Assembly: GCA_038243585.1 (NCBI GenBank)
Contig: JBBSQY010000003.1
Span: forward strand, 1 to 64,000
Direction: 5' to 3'
DNA length: 64,000 nt
DNA from: Candidatus Sumerlaeales bacterium
GTDB lineage: Bacteria > Sumerlaeota > Sumerlaeia > Sumerlaeales > Sumerlaeaceae
Part shown: positions 8,739-18,087 of the stretch, piece by piece
Layout of the letters: every line of letters starts with the position of its first letter
How positions within the stretch are numbered: position 1 is the stretch's first letter
The notes under the pieces: model-generated
The model's input: only the letters and a program-made list of their open reading frames with translations
Database searches by the model: none
What the model was told of the DNA's origin: nothing
Translations under genes and position numbers: made by a program

Positions 8739-10262
8739 TTGATGGATGAAATTACCGGGATTACATTGGTGATTGCAGCGCTGGCGGCACTGGCTTTTCT
8801 CGTACTAATCTGGGGCCTTGCGAGGATGTACCGCAAAGTGGGGCCTAATGAAGCGCTTATTGTATTTGGTTTTGGCGGCACTCATATCGTAACTGGAGGC
8901 GGTCGGGTCGTCTGGCCGATGATCCAGCAGGCTTCTCAACTGTCTCTGGAGTTAATGAGCTTTGACGTTGCTCCCAGCCAGGATTATTACACCAGCCAAG
9001 GCGTCGCTGTATCTGTGGAAGCGGTGGCTCAGATCAAAGTTAAGAGCGATGCGGAGAGCATTCGTACGGCAGCGGAACAGTTTCTTACAAAAGCGCCGCA
9101 GGATAGTGAAGCTCTTATTAAGCTGGTAATGGAAGGGCATCTACGCGGGATTGTCGGGCAGCTGACCGTAGAACAAATTGTAAAGGAGCCAGAAATGGTT
9201 TCTGAAAAAGTTCGTACCACCTGCGCCGAAGATCTTGGCAAGATGGGCCTTGAACTTGTCAGCTTCACCATTCGGGAAGTAAGAGACCAGAACGAATACA
9301 TCGGCAACATGGGCAGACCAGATACCGCCCGAGTCAAACGCGACGCGGATGTTGCCATTGCCGAAATGGAACGTGATACCGCTATCAAGCGGGCTGTCTA
9401 TATGCGGGAGAGTGCGCAGGCTACAGCCCAGGCTGACATGGAACGTGTACTGGCCGAGACGATCAGCTCCACCAAACAAGCCGAAGCCCATCGCGACCTT
9501 GAAGTAAAACGCGCGGAATATAACGCAAAGGTTTCTACTCAGAAAGCATCTGCGGACAAGGCATATGACATCCAGGCGAACATCATGCAACAGCAGGTTG
9601 TGGCCGAACATGTCAGCATTGACCGCATTGAGCGTGAAGGCCAGATTAAAGTCCAGGAAGCAGAAATTATGCGCCGGGAGAAAGAATTAACAGCGACCGT
9701 GCTGAAAGTCGCCGAGATGGAGAAACAGCGTATCATTCAGATGGCCGAAGGTGAGCGCCAACGCCTGTCGCTTGAAGCAACGGGCCGCGCGGAAGCTCAG
9801 CGAACAGAAGCCCAGGGCAACGCAGATGCTATCCGGGCTATCGGATTTGCTGAGGCGGAGGCCATTAAAGCCAAAGGCTTGGCGGAAGCCGAAGCCATGA
9901 CTCAGAAAGCCGAAGCTTTTGCCGGTTACAACGAAGCCGCTATCATTGATAAGTTTCTTGAAAACTTGCCAGAATTGGCTAGAGCCATGAGCGAGCCTCT
10001 TAACAAGGTAGATAAAATTACTATTCTGTCTACGGGCAACGGAACGGGTGCCGGAACTGATAAGGTGACCGAGGACATTGGAAAAATGATGGTTCAGATT
10101 CCCGCACTGTTTGATACTCTGACGGGCATTAATTTTCAGGATTTCATTAAGCGTTTACCCCAAGTGGGCGGGCAGGACGCAAATGCGTCACGTCCAGCTA
10201 AAAAAAGTGAAGTCGTTGCCGCTAACGAATCAGTAACGCGAGGCGCGCCACCAGCAGAATAG
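8739..10262 (+). CDS. Flotillin (SPFH/band 7 family)
   Basis: N-terminal TM, KVGPNEALIV, AAEQFL, EGHLRGIVGQLTVE, AEAE-rich coiled coil; AGGAG RBS. Confidence 0.95.
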   Translation: MMDEITGITLVIAALAALAFLVLIWGLARMYRKVGPNEALIVFGFGGTHIVTGGGRVVWPMIQQASQLSLELMSFDVAPSQDYYTSQGVAVSVEAVAQIKVKSDAESIRTAAEQFLTKAPQDSEALIKLVMEGHLRGIVGQLTVEQIVKEPEMVSEKVRTTCAEDLGKMGLELVSFTIREVRDQNEYIGNMGRPDTARVKRDADVAIAEMERDTAIKRAVYMRESAQATAQADMERVLAETISSTKQAEAHRDLEVKRAEYNAKVSTQKASADKAYDIQANIMQQQVVAEHVSIDRIEREGQIKVQEAEIMRREKELTATVLKVAEMEKQRIIQMAEGERQRLSLEATGRAEAQRTEAQGNADAIRAIGFAEAEAIKAKGLAEAEAMTQKAEAFAGYNEAAIIDKFLENLPELARAMSEPLNKVDKITILSTGNGTGAGTDKVTEDIGKMMVQIPALFDTLTGINFQDFIKRLPQVGGQDANASRPAKKSEVVAANESVTRGAPPAE

Positions 10263-10443
10263 CAGAATGTAGGATCGGCATTTTCATTGCGTTTCTATGT
10301 GTCTGTCCGAACGGAACAGAATGATCAGCCGTTGGTCGCGAGTTCACCACGGTGGCCATCGGCTGCAACACCTAAAATTAACTATGTAAATCGTATCCCG
10401 CAAAGACGGCAGAACCACACCGTCAATGAAAGGAATTACCATA

Positions 10444-11118
10444 ATGAACATCCTACAAAAAGTCAGTACTCTTGTCCGCGCTAATATCAATGACCTGATC
10501 GATCGTGCGGAAGATCCTGAAAAAATGATTAAGCAACTTATTCTGGATCTAAACAACCAGCTCATACAAACCAAAACCACGGTGGCCCAAAGTTTGGCCG
10601 ATCAGTATATGCTGGAGCGGAAACTCACCTCAGCGCGTGAAGAAGTAGAGACATCGGAGCGTCGGGCGCAGCTGGCGGTCGACAAAAACAATGATGACCT
10701 TGCCAAAACGGCGTTGCAACGCATGAACAGTTTTCAAAAGACTGCTGATGAAATGGATCGGCAGCTTAACGAACAGCGTAAAGAATCGGAAGCGCTTAAG
10801 CTGGCGCTGGGACAATTGGAAATGAAGATAGGTGAGGTCAGGCGGGAGCGGGATGCGCTGCTGGCCCGTCATCGCCGGGCGGTCGCAAAAGAGCGGATGA
10901 CCAAAACGCAGAACCTGATAAACCCGGACCGGGTGGATGAACTGCTGGATGCTATAACCGGCTATGTTGATAAGTCCGAAACGTCGGCCGGGGCATACTC
11001 GGAGCTGGATCTGGAAAGTGATAAGCGGAAGCTTGGCCGCCTCGAAGAGGATGATAAACTTGATAAACAACTGGAAGAACTCAAGGCGCGTCGGCAACCG
11101 ATTATTCAGCTGGAATAG
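10444..11118 (+). CDS. pspA: PspA/IM30 family protein
   Basis: N-terminal MNILQKVSTLVRANINDLIDRAEDPEKMIKQ signature; long coiled coil; AAGGA RBS. Confidence 0.93.
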   Translation: MNILQKVSTLVRANINDLIDRAEDPEKMIKQLILDLNNQLIQTKTTVAQSLADQYMLERKLTSAREEVETSERRAQLAVDKNNDDLAKTALQRMNSFQKTADEMDRQLNEQRKESEALKLALGQLEMKIGEVRRERDALLARHRRAVAKERMTKTQNLINPDRVDELLDAITGYVDKSETSAGAYSELDLESDKRKLGRLEEDDKLDKQLEELKARRQPIIQLE

Positions 11119-11135
11119 GTTGAAACTGAGCACTT

Positions 11136-11165
11136 TGGCGTGCGGTAATTTGTTGCCGCACGCCA
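11136..11165. terminator. Strong hairpin between convergent pspA and sulfatase
   Basis: TGGCGTGCGGTAA / TTGCCGCACGCCA inverted repeat; no clear U tract. Confidence 0.6.
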
Positions 11166-11216
11166 TGATGCCGGTCACCCTATTCTGAAATCAATGCTTC
11201 TTAGCTAAGACCGAGT

Positions 11217-12716
11217 TTAGTGTTTGGCTTGGGGCACTACTGGTGTCGGATATTTGGCGTCCATGGATTCAAGCCAACTCGTCAATTTCGCAGATAACTT
11301 TTTAACTTTATCCGGCTGTTTCAGAGCCAGATCCTTTTGCTCTTCCGGATCAACCTTCAGATTAAAGAGTTCCAGACGATTCCCCTCGTACCATTTGATC
11401 AGCTTCCAGTCACCGGATCGGATGCTGGACCCTGGCATTCCGCCCTGATCACCATAATGGGGATAATGCCAAAAGATGTCCCGGGGGGAGTTGACTTCCG
11501 CGCCGTCGTTTAAAAGTACAGCCATGCTTTTTCCATCGATGTGCTGTTCCGGCATCAGTGGCAGGCCCGCCATTTGCAGGATAGTTGGATAAAAGTCAGT
11601 TCCTGTAACGACAGAATGGTTAATTGCGCCGGGTTTAATCCGCGTTGGCCATTTTACAATAAGCGGGACGCGGACGCCTCCTTCGTACAGCCAGCCTTTT
11701 CCAGCGCGAAGCGGCCGATTTGAAGTCGGCCATCCTTGCTTTGTGGAAAGGCCGCCATTATCCGAGGTGAAAATCACAACAGTGTTGTTATCCAGATCAA
11801 GGCGTTCAAGAGATTCTACAATACGACCAACCCCCAAATCCACGGCTTCAACCATGGCAGCATAAGTTGGAAGGGATTGGTTCATTCTGACGGATGTTTG
11901 TCCTTCAGATGTAAATTCATCACTTAGTCCCAGAGCCAACCGCTTCGCTTCATATTTTTCGAGGAGATCTGGACGCGGCTGCAAAGGTGTATGCACAGCG
12001 TAAAACGGCAGGTAAACAAAGAATGGCTGGTTCCTGTTCTGCTCAATAAACGACACGGTTTCCGAGGTTAGTCGATCTGTAAGGTATTCTCCTGGTGGCC
12101 CATCTTTCAGATCTTCGTTGGCGTATGGGGAGAAATAGGTTTTCGGATGCCCAGAAGAATTGGCACCAATGTTAATATCGAAACCCTGGTTTTGCGGTTT
12201 ATACTTCTCGCCTTTTCCCAAGTGCCACTTGCCGGCGATGAACGTCTTGTAGCCATTTTCTCGAAGTGTTTCGGCAATGGTGACTTCTTCCAGATCCAGA
12301 TAGGGTTGGTAGCGCGCCGGTAGCAACGGCTTTCCTTCGTGAAGTTTCTTCAATTTGTCTGGCTGCGATGCGCCGAAATAATCTGTCGTACCAATTCGCG
12401 CCGGGTACTTGCCCGTCATAAATGCTGCACGGCTGGGGGAACAAACGGGGCAGGCGGCATAGCCGTTTGTGAAACGTATCCCGTTAGCTGCCAGCCTGTC
12501 AATATTGGGAGTCTCATAGAACGTGCTGCCATAGCAGCCAACGTCGGTGTACCCCAGATCGTCTACAAGCACTACTACGAAATTAGGCTGTGTCGTTTTG
12601 GAAAAAATGGTTGGCTGTTGGGCAGCAGAAAATGCCGGTAATCCCGAAATAAACATTAAAAGGAAACCGCACCAACACAATTTGTCAAAAACAGTCTTAT
12701 AGGAAAGAATCTGCAT
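11217..12716 (-). CDS. Secreted formylglycine-dependent sulfatase (S1 family)
   Basis: Signal peptide, PNFVVVLVDDLG, CSPSRAAFMTG (CxPxR), GKWHLG, SDNGG, YEGGVRVP. Confidence 0.95.
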   Translation of the reverse strand: MQILSYKTVFDKLCWCGFLLMFISGLPAFSAAQQPTIFSKTTQPNFVVVLVDDLGYTDVGCYGSTFYETPNIDRLAANGIRFTNGYAACPVCSPSRAAFMTGKYPARIGTTDYFGASQPDKLKKLHEGKPLLPARYQPYLDLEEVTIAETLRENGYKTFIAGKWHLGKGEKYKPQNQGFDINIGANSSGHPKTYFSPYANEDLKDGPPGEYLTDRLTSETVSFIEQNRNQPFFVYLPFYAVHTPLQPRPDLLEKYEAKRLALGLSDEFTSEGQTSVRMNQSLPTYAAMVEAVDLGVGRIVESLERLDLDNNTVVIFTSDNGGLSTKQGWPTSNRPLRAGKGWLYEGGVRVPLIVKWPTRIKPGAINHSVVTGTDFYPTILQMAGLPLMPEQHIDGKSMAVLLNDGAEVNSPRDIFWHYPHYGDQGGMPGSSIRSGDWKLIKWYEGNRLELFNLKVDPEEQKDLALKQPDKVKKLSAKLTSWLESMDAKYPTPVVPQAKH

Positions 12717-12779
12717 GATTGCCTAACTGGAAACGTAAGGTGATTTTCGAGAAACTTTTTTCTATAGCTTTCTTAAGCC

Positions 12780-13967
12780 CTAAAGCACGACGTGTTCCAG
12801 CGCCTGTTCGACGTCTTCACGCAGGTCCTCAAAATCCTCAATTCCCATGGACATGCGGATCAGCTCATCGAGGATGCCTAGGCGTTTGCGGTCTTCGGCG
12901 GTGTAGTCATAATAGCTGATGGTCATCGGGTGAGTGATAAGCGCTTCGACGCCACCGAAAGACGGACCGACCTTAAAGATTTTTGCGCTGTTCAGGAAGT
13001 TCGTGATTTGCGCGAAGTCCGAGGTCGCGAGTTCGAATGTTACTACGCCACCAAATCCGGTCATATATTTGATAGCTTTATCGTAATCGCGGTGAGATGG
13101 TAACCCTGGGTAATATACCCGTCGAACCTTCGGGTGGGTTTCAAGCCATGTTGCCATCTTCATAGCGTTGCTATTGAGACGTTCCATTCGAAGTGATAGG
13201 GTTTTCAATCCGCGTAGCAGTAAATAACTGGTCATCGGCTCCATCACGCCACCGGTGGTGTTGCGGTAGTCGCGCACGGCAGAGACCAGCTCAGTCGAAC
13301 CCAGAACAACGCCGCCAAGGATATCGTTGTGTCCGCCGAGATATTTTGTTGTGCTGTGGATGACCAGATCTGCTCCTTGCTTAAGTGGACGCTGATTATA
13401 GGGCGACGCAAAGGTGGAATCCATTGCGAGTATAAACCCGTACTTTTCCTTTAACTCGCGCAAAATATCCATATCTGCAATGTTAAGGTATGGGTTGGTG
13501 GGCGATTCGCTGACGATCATGCGGGTCCCGGGATTGGCTTTAAGCGCATCTTCCATTTGATCGTAATCGCCCATCTTTACTACGCTGGCCTTGATGCCGA
13601 AACGGGGCAGCACCTTTTCGCAGAACATCAGTGTTTTTTTATAGGAATCATCTGTAATAACTACATGATCGCCCATCTGCAGGTGACCCAACATGGCGCA
13701 ACACACGGCACCCATGCCGCTGTCAAAAACCTCAGCGTCTTCTGCTTGTTCCAATTCACGTAGCTTTTTGATGGCAACCGCGGTTGTGGGATTGCCGTAC
13801 CGGCCGTACTCAAAGCGGTCCACTTTTTTAGTCACATAATCAATTACCTCTTCCATGGTCTCAAACGTGTAGGAGGAGGTAAACACTACTGGGGTTGTAA
13901 TCGAATCCATGTACTGGCGGCGAGGCTCGCCGGCGTGTACGGCTTCGGTGGAGAATCCTTTAGTCAT
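12780..13967 (-). CDS. Cystathionine gamma-synthase/gamma-lyase family PLP enzyme
   Basis: YGRYGNPT, ESPTNP, DSTFASP, HSTTKYLGGHND (PLP lysine), YYPGL, IRMSMGIED. Confidence 0.93.
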   Translation of the reverse strand: MTKGFSTEAVHAGEPRRQYMDSITTPVVFTSSYTFETMEEVIDYVTKKVDRFEYGRYGNPTTAVAIKKLRELEQAEDAEVFDSGMGAVCCAMLGHLQMGDHVVITDDSYKKTLMFCEKVLPRFGIKASVVKMGDYDQMEDALKANPGTRMIVSESPTNPYLNIADMDILRELKEKYGFILAMDSTFASPYNQRPLKQGADLVIHSTTKYLGGHNDILGGVVLGSTELVSAVRDYRNTTGGVMEPMTSYLLLRGLKTLSLRMERLNSNAMKMATWLETHPKVRRVYYPGLPSHRDYDKAIKYMTGFGGVVTFELATSDFAQITNFLNSAKIFKVGPSFGGVEALITHPMTISYYDYTAEDRKRLGILDELIRMSMGIEDFEDLREDVEQALEHVVL

Positions 13968-14327
13968 CGTAGGAAAAGTATCCGTTTTGCCGCATCAAGG
14001 CGGCAGTGTTTTAAAGGTTTAATACAGGGTAACAGCCAAATTCTGCAAATGCAGGACAAATCAAATTAAGCAAGGAGCAATGCTCGGAATTATAAGAGTC
14101 GTAGATTCCATAGTACATTTGAGGGTGTGCAGGTCTGAGTCATATCTGTTTACTCTCAGAAATTACTCGCTAAAATGCAATCTCTTCTTGCCCGGAATGC
14201 TTTTTGCATGTGCATAGCCGATTAGCAAATAGATCAGTAGTTAAAGATTTTGGCCAATAGGTTATTGGGGCCAAACTCATATCGAGAGGTAACGCGCTTG
14301 TTAAAAGGTAAGGAAAATGCCAAAGGG

Positions 14328-15908
14328 ATGCTCTGCCTCATGCTGCACGCGCACCTGCCCTTTGTTCGCCATCCGGAATACCCGGACTTCCTGGAAGAAG
14401 ACTGGTTTTACGAAGCAATAACGGAGACATACATTCCGTTGTTGCAGGTGATGAATGGGCTTGCGCGCGATGAGGTGGATTTCCGACTCACGATGAGCAT
14501 AACGCCACCACTGGCGGCGATGCTCGGGGATGAACTTCTTCAATCGCGATATAAAGACCATATAGAAAAATTAATAGAACTAACCGAAAAGGAAATTGAG
14601 CGGACGCGTTTTGAGCCAGAGTACCAGGAACTGGCGCGGATGTATAACCGAAAATTTTCCTCGTGCAGGCGGACATTCGTAGATGAATACAAGGGGAATC
14701 TACTAACGGGATTCCGGGCTTTACAGGATCACGGTAAGCTGGAAATTATCACTTGTGGTGCCACTCACGGATTTCTGCCATTGATGCAGACAAATCCCAA
14801 CGCAGTGCGCGCTCAAGTGGCCGTGGCGAGACAGAGCTATGAGCACGCGTTCGGACGTCCTCCGCGAGGGATCTGGAATGGCGAGTGTGGCTATTATCCT
14901 GGTCTGGATAATGTACTGGCGGAAAACGACATTCGATTCTTCTTCGTTGATACTCACGGGATACTATTCGCTGACCGGCGGCCCAAGTATGGCGTATTTG
15001 CGCCACTATATACTCCTACAGGTGTTGCAGCCTTTGGTCGCGACGCCGATAGCTCAAAGGCAGTCTGGAGCGCCGAGGAAGGGTATCCTGGAGATCTGAA
15101 TTATCGTGAGTTTTATCGCGACATCGGGTTCGATCTGGATTACGATTATATTAAGCCTTACATCCATGAAAGCGGCCTGCGCATCAACACTGGTATTAAG
15201 TATTACAAAATAACTGGAAAAACGTCTAACAAACAACCGTATAATGAAAAGATAGCGCTAGAGCGGGCCGCCAGCCATGCCGGGAACTTCATGCATAACC
15301 GGGAGAAGCAGGTCGAGCATCTTGCTGGCCTTATGGATCGCAAGCCGATAATTGTGTCGCCGTATGATGCGGAACTGTACGGGCACTGGTGGTATGAGGG
15401 GCCGGAATTCCTGAACTTTCTATTGCGCAAAATCCATCATGATCAGTCGACCTTGGATCTGGTAACGCCTAGCGAATATCTCGAAATGTACCCGGAAAAC
15501 CAAGTGGCTACGCCGTCGTTTTCAAGCTGGGGGCACAAGGGTTATAGCGAAGTGTGGCTTGAGGGCAGCAACGACTGGATTTATCGCCATCTTCATAAGA
15601 TCGAAGAGCGGATGGTAGAACTGGCGAACCGGTATAAAGGGACAGATGATGACCTGGAGCGTCGAGCGTTAAATCAGTGCGCACGGGAAGTGCTGCTGGC
15701 TGAAAGCAGTGACTGGGCATTTATCATGAAAACAAACACGATGGTTGAGTACGCCGTGAAGCGCACAAAAGATCACGTGGCACGCTTCAATGATCTCTAC
15801 TTCGCCATCAAGGGCGGCTCCATAGATCCCGGCTACCTCTCGGATCTTGAATGGAAAGATAATATTTTTCCGCATATCGATTTCCGTGTTTACGCCGACC
15901 CCGAATAA
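14328..15908 (+). CDS. GH57 1,4-alpha-glucan branching enzyme (DUF1957)
   Basis: LHAHLPFVRHP, EAITETYIPL, THGFLPL, WNGECGY, DAELYGHWWYEG, ESSDWAF. The true start may be ATG 14317 in another frame (see findings). Confidence 0.95.
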   Translation: MLCLMLHAHLPFVRHPEYPDFLEEDWFYEAITETYIPLLQVMNGLARDEVDFRLTMSITPPLAAMLGDELLQSRYKDHIEKLIELTEKEIERTRFEPEYQELARMYNRKFSSCRRTFVDEYKGNLLTGFRALQDHGKLEIITCGATHGFLPLMQTNPNAVRAQVAVARQSYEHAFGRPPRGIWNGECGYYPGLDNVLAENDIRFFFVDTHGILFADRRPKYGVFAPLYTPTGVAAFGRDADSSKAVWSAEEGYPGDLNYREFYRDIGFDLDYDYIKPYIHESGLRINTGIKYYKITGKTSNKQPYNEKIALERAASHAGNFMHNREKQVEHLAGLMDRKPIIVSPYDAELYGHWWYEGPEFLNFLLRKIHHDQSTLDLVTPSEYLEMYPENQVATPSFSSWGHKGYSEVWLEGSNDWIYRHLHKIEERMVELANRYKGTDDDLERRALNQCAREVLLAESSDWAFIMKTNTMVEYAVKRTKDHVARFNDLYFAIKGGSIDPGYLSDLEWKDNIFPHIDFRVYADPE

Positions 15909-15941
15909 CGTGTCTGTTGCTGTAGCACTTCTATCAGGACT

Positions 15942-15981
15942 AAAAAGCAGGATGGACACAACCGTCTGTCCTGCTTCTTTT
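15942..15981. terminator. Intrinsic terminator, possibly bidirectional
   Basis: AAGCAGGATGGAC / GTCTGTCCTGCTT stem flanked by an A run and a T run. Confidence 0.75.
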
Positions 15982-16015
15982 CTCGGAACTCAATTCCGGA
16001 TAATGATACTTTGTT

Positions 16016-16564
16016 ATGCCTGAGAACCTTTTTAAATACTACGTCCTAGGCGGCGGCTGGGTAATGATTTTTCTTATTCCTGCTTCCATTGTTGCACTTG
16101 CCACTATTTTTCGGGTCGCCGGCCACTTGAGGGGTTCCGCAGTTAAACGGTTGAGCAATCAGCTTAGAGCAACCGTCATCGCGCATAAGCACTCCGCTGT
16201 CTCATCGATGGATTTTACTGACGCCCGAATGCTTGCCGCCGACGCCTCCATGGGAGTTTATGTTTCGCTGCAGCCGTTATCTGTTATTTACGCTGTCGCT
16301 CCTATGCTTGGTGCTGTTGGCTCTGCGTGGTCGCTTATGCTGGCATGGCGCGGCGCGGCGAGCCTCCAAAACAAGAACCTTGCCGCAGCTCTCGAACACG
16401 CATTCATTCCCTTGGGATGGGGGGTACTGGTGGGCCTTCTGTCTATCACGGGCTACGCAGTTCTGCGAGCGCGACTTGTTCGGATCGAAATAGATATTCT
16501 GGCCCCAGCCGCCATGGCGGCGCTCGGTGAACCACGGGAGGGCCGGAATGGACAAAAATTTTAA
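16016..16564 (+). CDS. Divergent MotA/TolQ/ExbB family protein
   Basis: GGGWVMIFL N-terminus, APMLGAVGS helix, three TM segments. Confidence 0.75.
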   Translation: MPENLFKYYVLGGGWVMIFLIPASIVALATIFRVAGHLRGSAVKRLSNQLRATVIAHKHSAVSSMDFTDARMLAADASMGVYVSLQPLSVIYAVAPMLGAVGSAWSLMLAWRGAASLQNKNLAAALEHAFIPLGWGVLVGLLSITGYAVLRARLVRIEIDILAPAAMAALGEPREGRNGQKF

Positions 16565-17012
16565 ACCGTCTGCTGTGCCCGCTCCGGAAAGCTCAGTACA
16601 GACGGCGATGACGGGACCGCTGGATCTTCCTGTTCATTACCTGCACAGGACTCCTTCCCCCATGTTCGGTATTATCGCCCTCATGTTGACATTGACTCTG
16701 CTCGCTCTCGGCACTTCGGTAATACAAAACGCTGACGACGAAGCTTTCCTTTCCATCTCCGCCACTAGCACGGGAACTGATGGCATTCCTATTTTAAGGA
16801 TTACGGATACGACGTGGGCTATTGATGATCAGCCGATTCATGAATCTGATATGCCATTTCGCCTTTCTACTTTGTCCGCTCATTCTCAGGCAATAGTTAT
16901 AGAACATGACCCTGCCCTTACTGCTGAAAGATTAACTCAGGTACTGGAAACGGTCAACAACGCGGGCTTTGGCCAGGTCGGGATCAGGCGGGCGGATATC
17001 CCGAAAGATTAG
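16548..17012 (+). CDS. Divergent ExbD/TolR family protein
   Basis: Single TM, C-terminal IVIEHD...VLETVNNAGFGQVGI typical of the ExbD periplasmic domain; overlaps the exbB-like gene. Confidence 0.7.
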   Translation: MDKNFKPSAVPAPESSVQTAMTGPLDLPVHYLHRTPSPMFGIIALMLTLTLLALGTSVIQNADDEAFLSISATSTGTDGIPILRITDTTWAIDDQPIHESDMPFRLSTLSAHSQAIVIEHDPALTAERLTQVLETVNNAGFGQVGIRRADIPKD

Positions 17013-17073
17013 CGCTTTTAAATTTTTAATAAAAAATCAAGGTTAACACACCCTTTGCTACTGAAAGCTTTTT

Positions 17074-18027
17074 ATGGATGACATTACATTAGATACTGAC
17101 GCAATTCCTATCGGACCGCTTCCGTCTACTGAATCCCCCGGTGGTCGGATAATCGGACCAGGTATTCCGGAAAGCACGGAGGCCGAGCGTAAGGAAAAAC
17201 GGGATCTCATATTTAAGCGCCACTATAAAAAAAGCCATCTGGAAATGCGTCTGGATGACCGGCTGAAAGCAGTATGTCCGGGAGGGAAACTTTGCGATGT
17301 GGTTACCGGGATAATTAATGACCCGCTTGTCGCCAGTATCCAAAACTATGCAAATGTTGTCAGCATTCAGCGCCTCGGTTATAACGACCATGGCCCGGTT
17401 CACGCACGCATTGTGGCGCTCAACACTCTTCGCATTATTGATCTACTTAATGATGGTGGAGTGCCGCCTTCCGTCGTATCTGAAGAGGTTGCTACTATGG
17501 ACGATGCAAAGGTCGCTGGGTTTTTGGCCGCGTTCCTTCATGATCTCGGAATGGCCGTCACCCGGGACGACCACGAGCGGCACAGCATACAAATGGCCGA
17601 CCATATTCTTGATCGTCACTTGTCTAAAGTGTATGACGACGAAGGCCAGTTATGGATGATGAAATGCCTTATCAACGAATGCATTATCGGCCACATGGGC
17701 AATTACCGAATTCACAGTGTTGAAGCGGGCTCCCTTATGATTGCCGATGGGGCAGACTGTACTAAAGGGCGGGCTCAGATCCCGGTGCTCCTCAGCAAAC
17801 ACCCCATGCTTGGTGACATCCACCGATTCAGCGCTTCCGCCATTACTGAGGTGCGCATCGTTAAAGGGAAACGTAAGCCTGTCCGGATAGAAGTCGACAT
17901 GACTGCAAGCGCCGGGCTTTACCAAGTGGAAGAAGTGCTAATGGCCAAGGCTAAACTCAGCCCAATCATGAACTACCTGGAAATCGCTGCTTATTTGGAT
18001 GAGAAAGAACGTCTATATCTCCAGTGA
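17074..18027 (+). CDS. HD-superfamily metal-dependent phosphohydrolase
   Basis: YNDHGPVH, FLHDLG, H...IADGAD motifs. Confidence 0.88.
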   Translation: MDDITLDTDAIPIGPLPSTESPGGRIIGPGIPESTEAERKEKRDLIFKRHYKKSHLEMRLDDRLKAVCPGGKLCDVVTGIINDPLVASIQNYANVVSIQRLGYNDHGPVHARIVALNTLRIIDLLNDGGVPPSVVSEEVATMDDAKVAGFLAAFLHDLGMAVTRDDHERHSIQMADHILDRHLSKVYDDEGQLWMMKCLINECIIGHMGNYRIHSVEAGSLMIADGADCTKGRAQIPVLLSKHPMLGDIHRFSASAITEVRIVKGKRKPVRIEVDMTASAGLYQVEEVLMAKAKLSPIMNYLEIAAYLDEKERLYLQ

Positions 18028-18087
18028 AATAGATGGTTTTGGCACCGGATTGTCTCATTTTTTGCACCTTTTTTATATTTAATCAGG

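Noticed and set aside
13968..14310. SAM riboswitch or T-box upstream of the trans-sulfuration gene
   Set aside because: No recognisable SAM-I or T-box consensus by eye; only a small TGCCGC/GCGGCA hairpin. An Rfam scan would be needed to exclude rarer classes.
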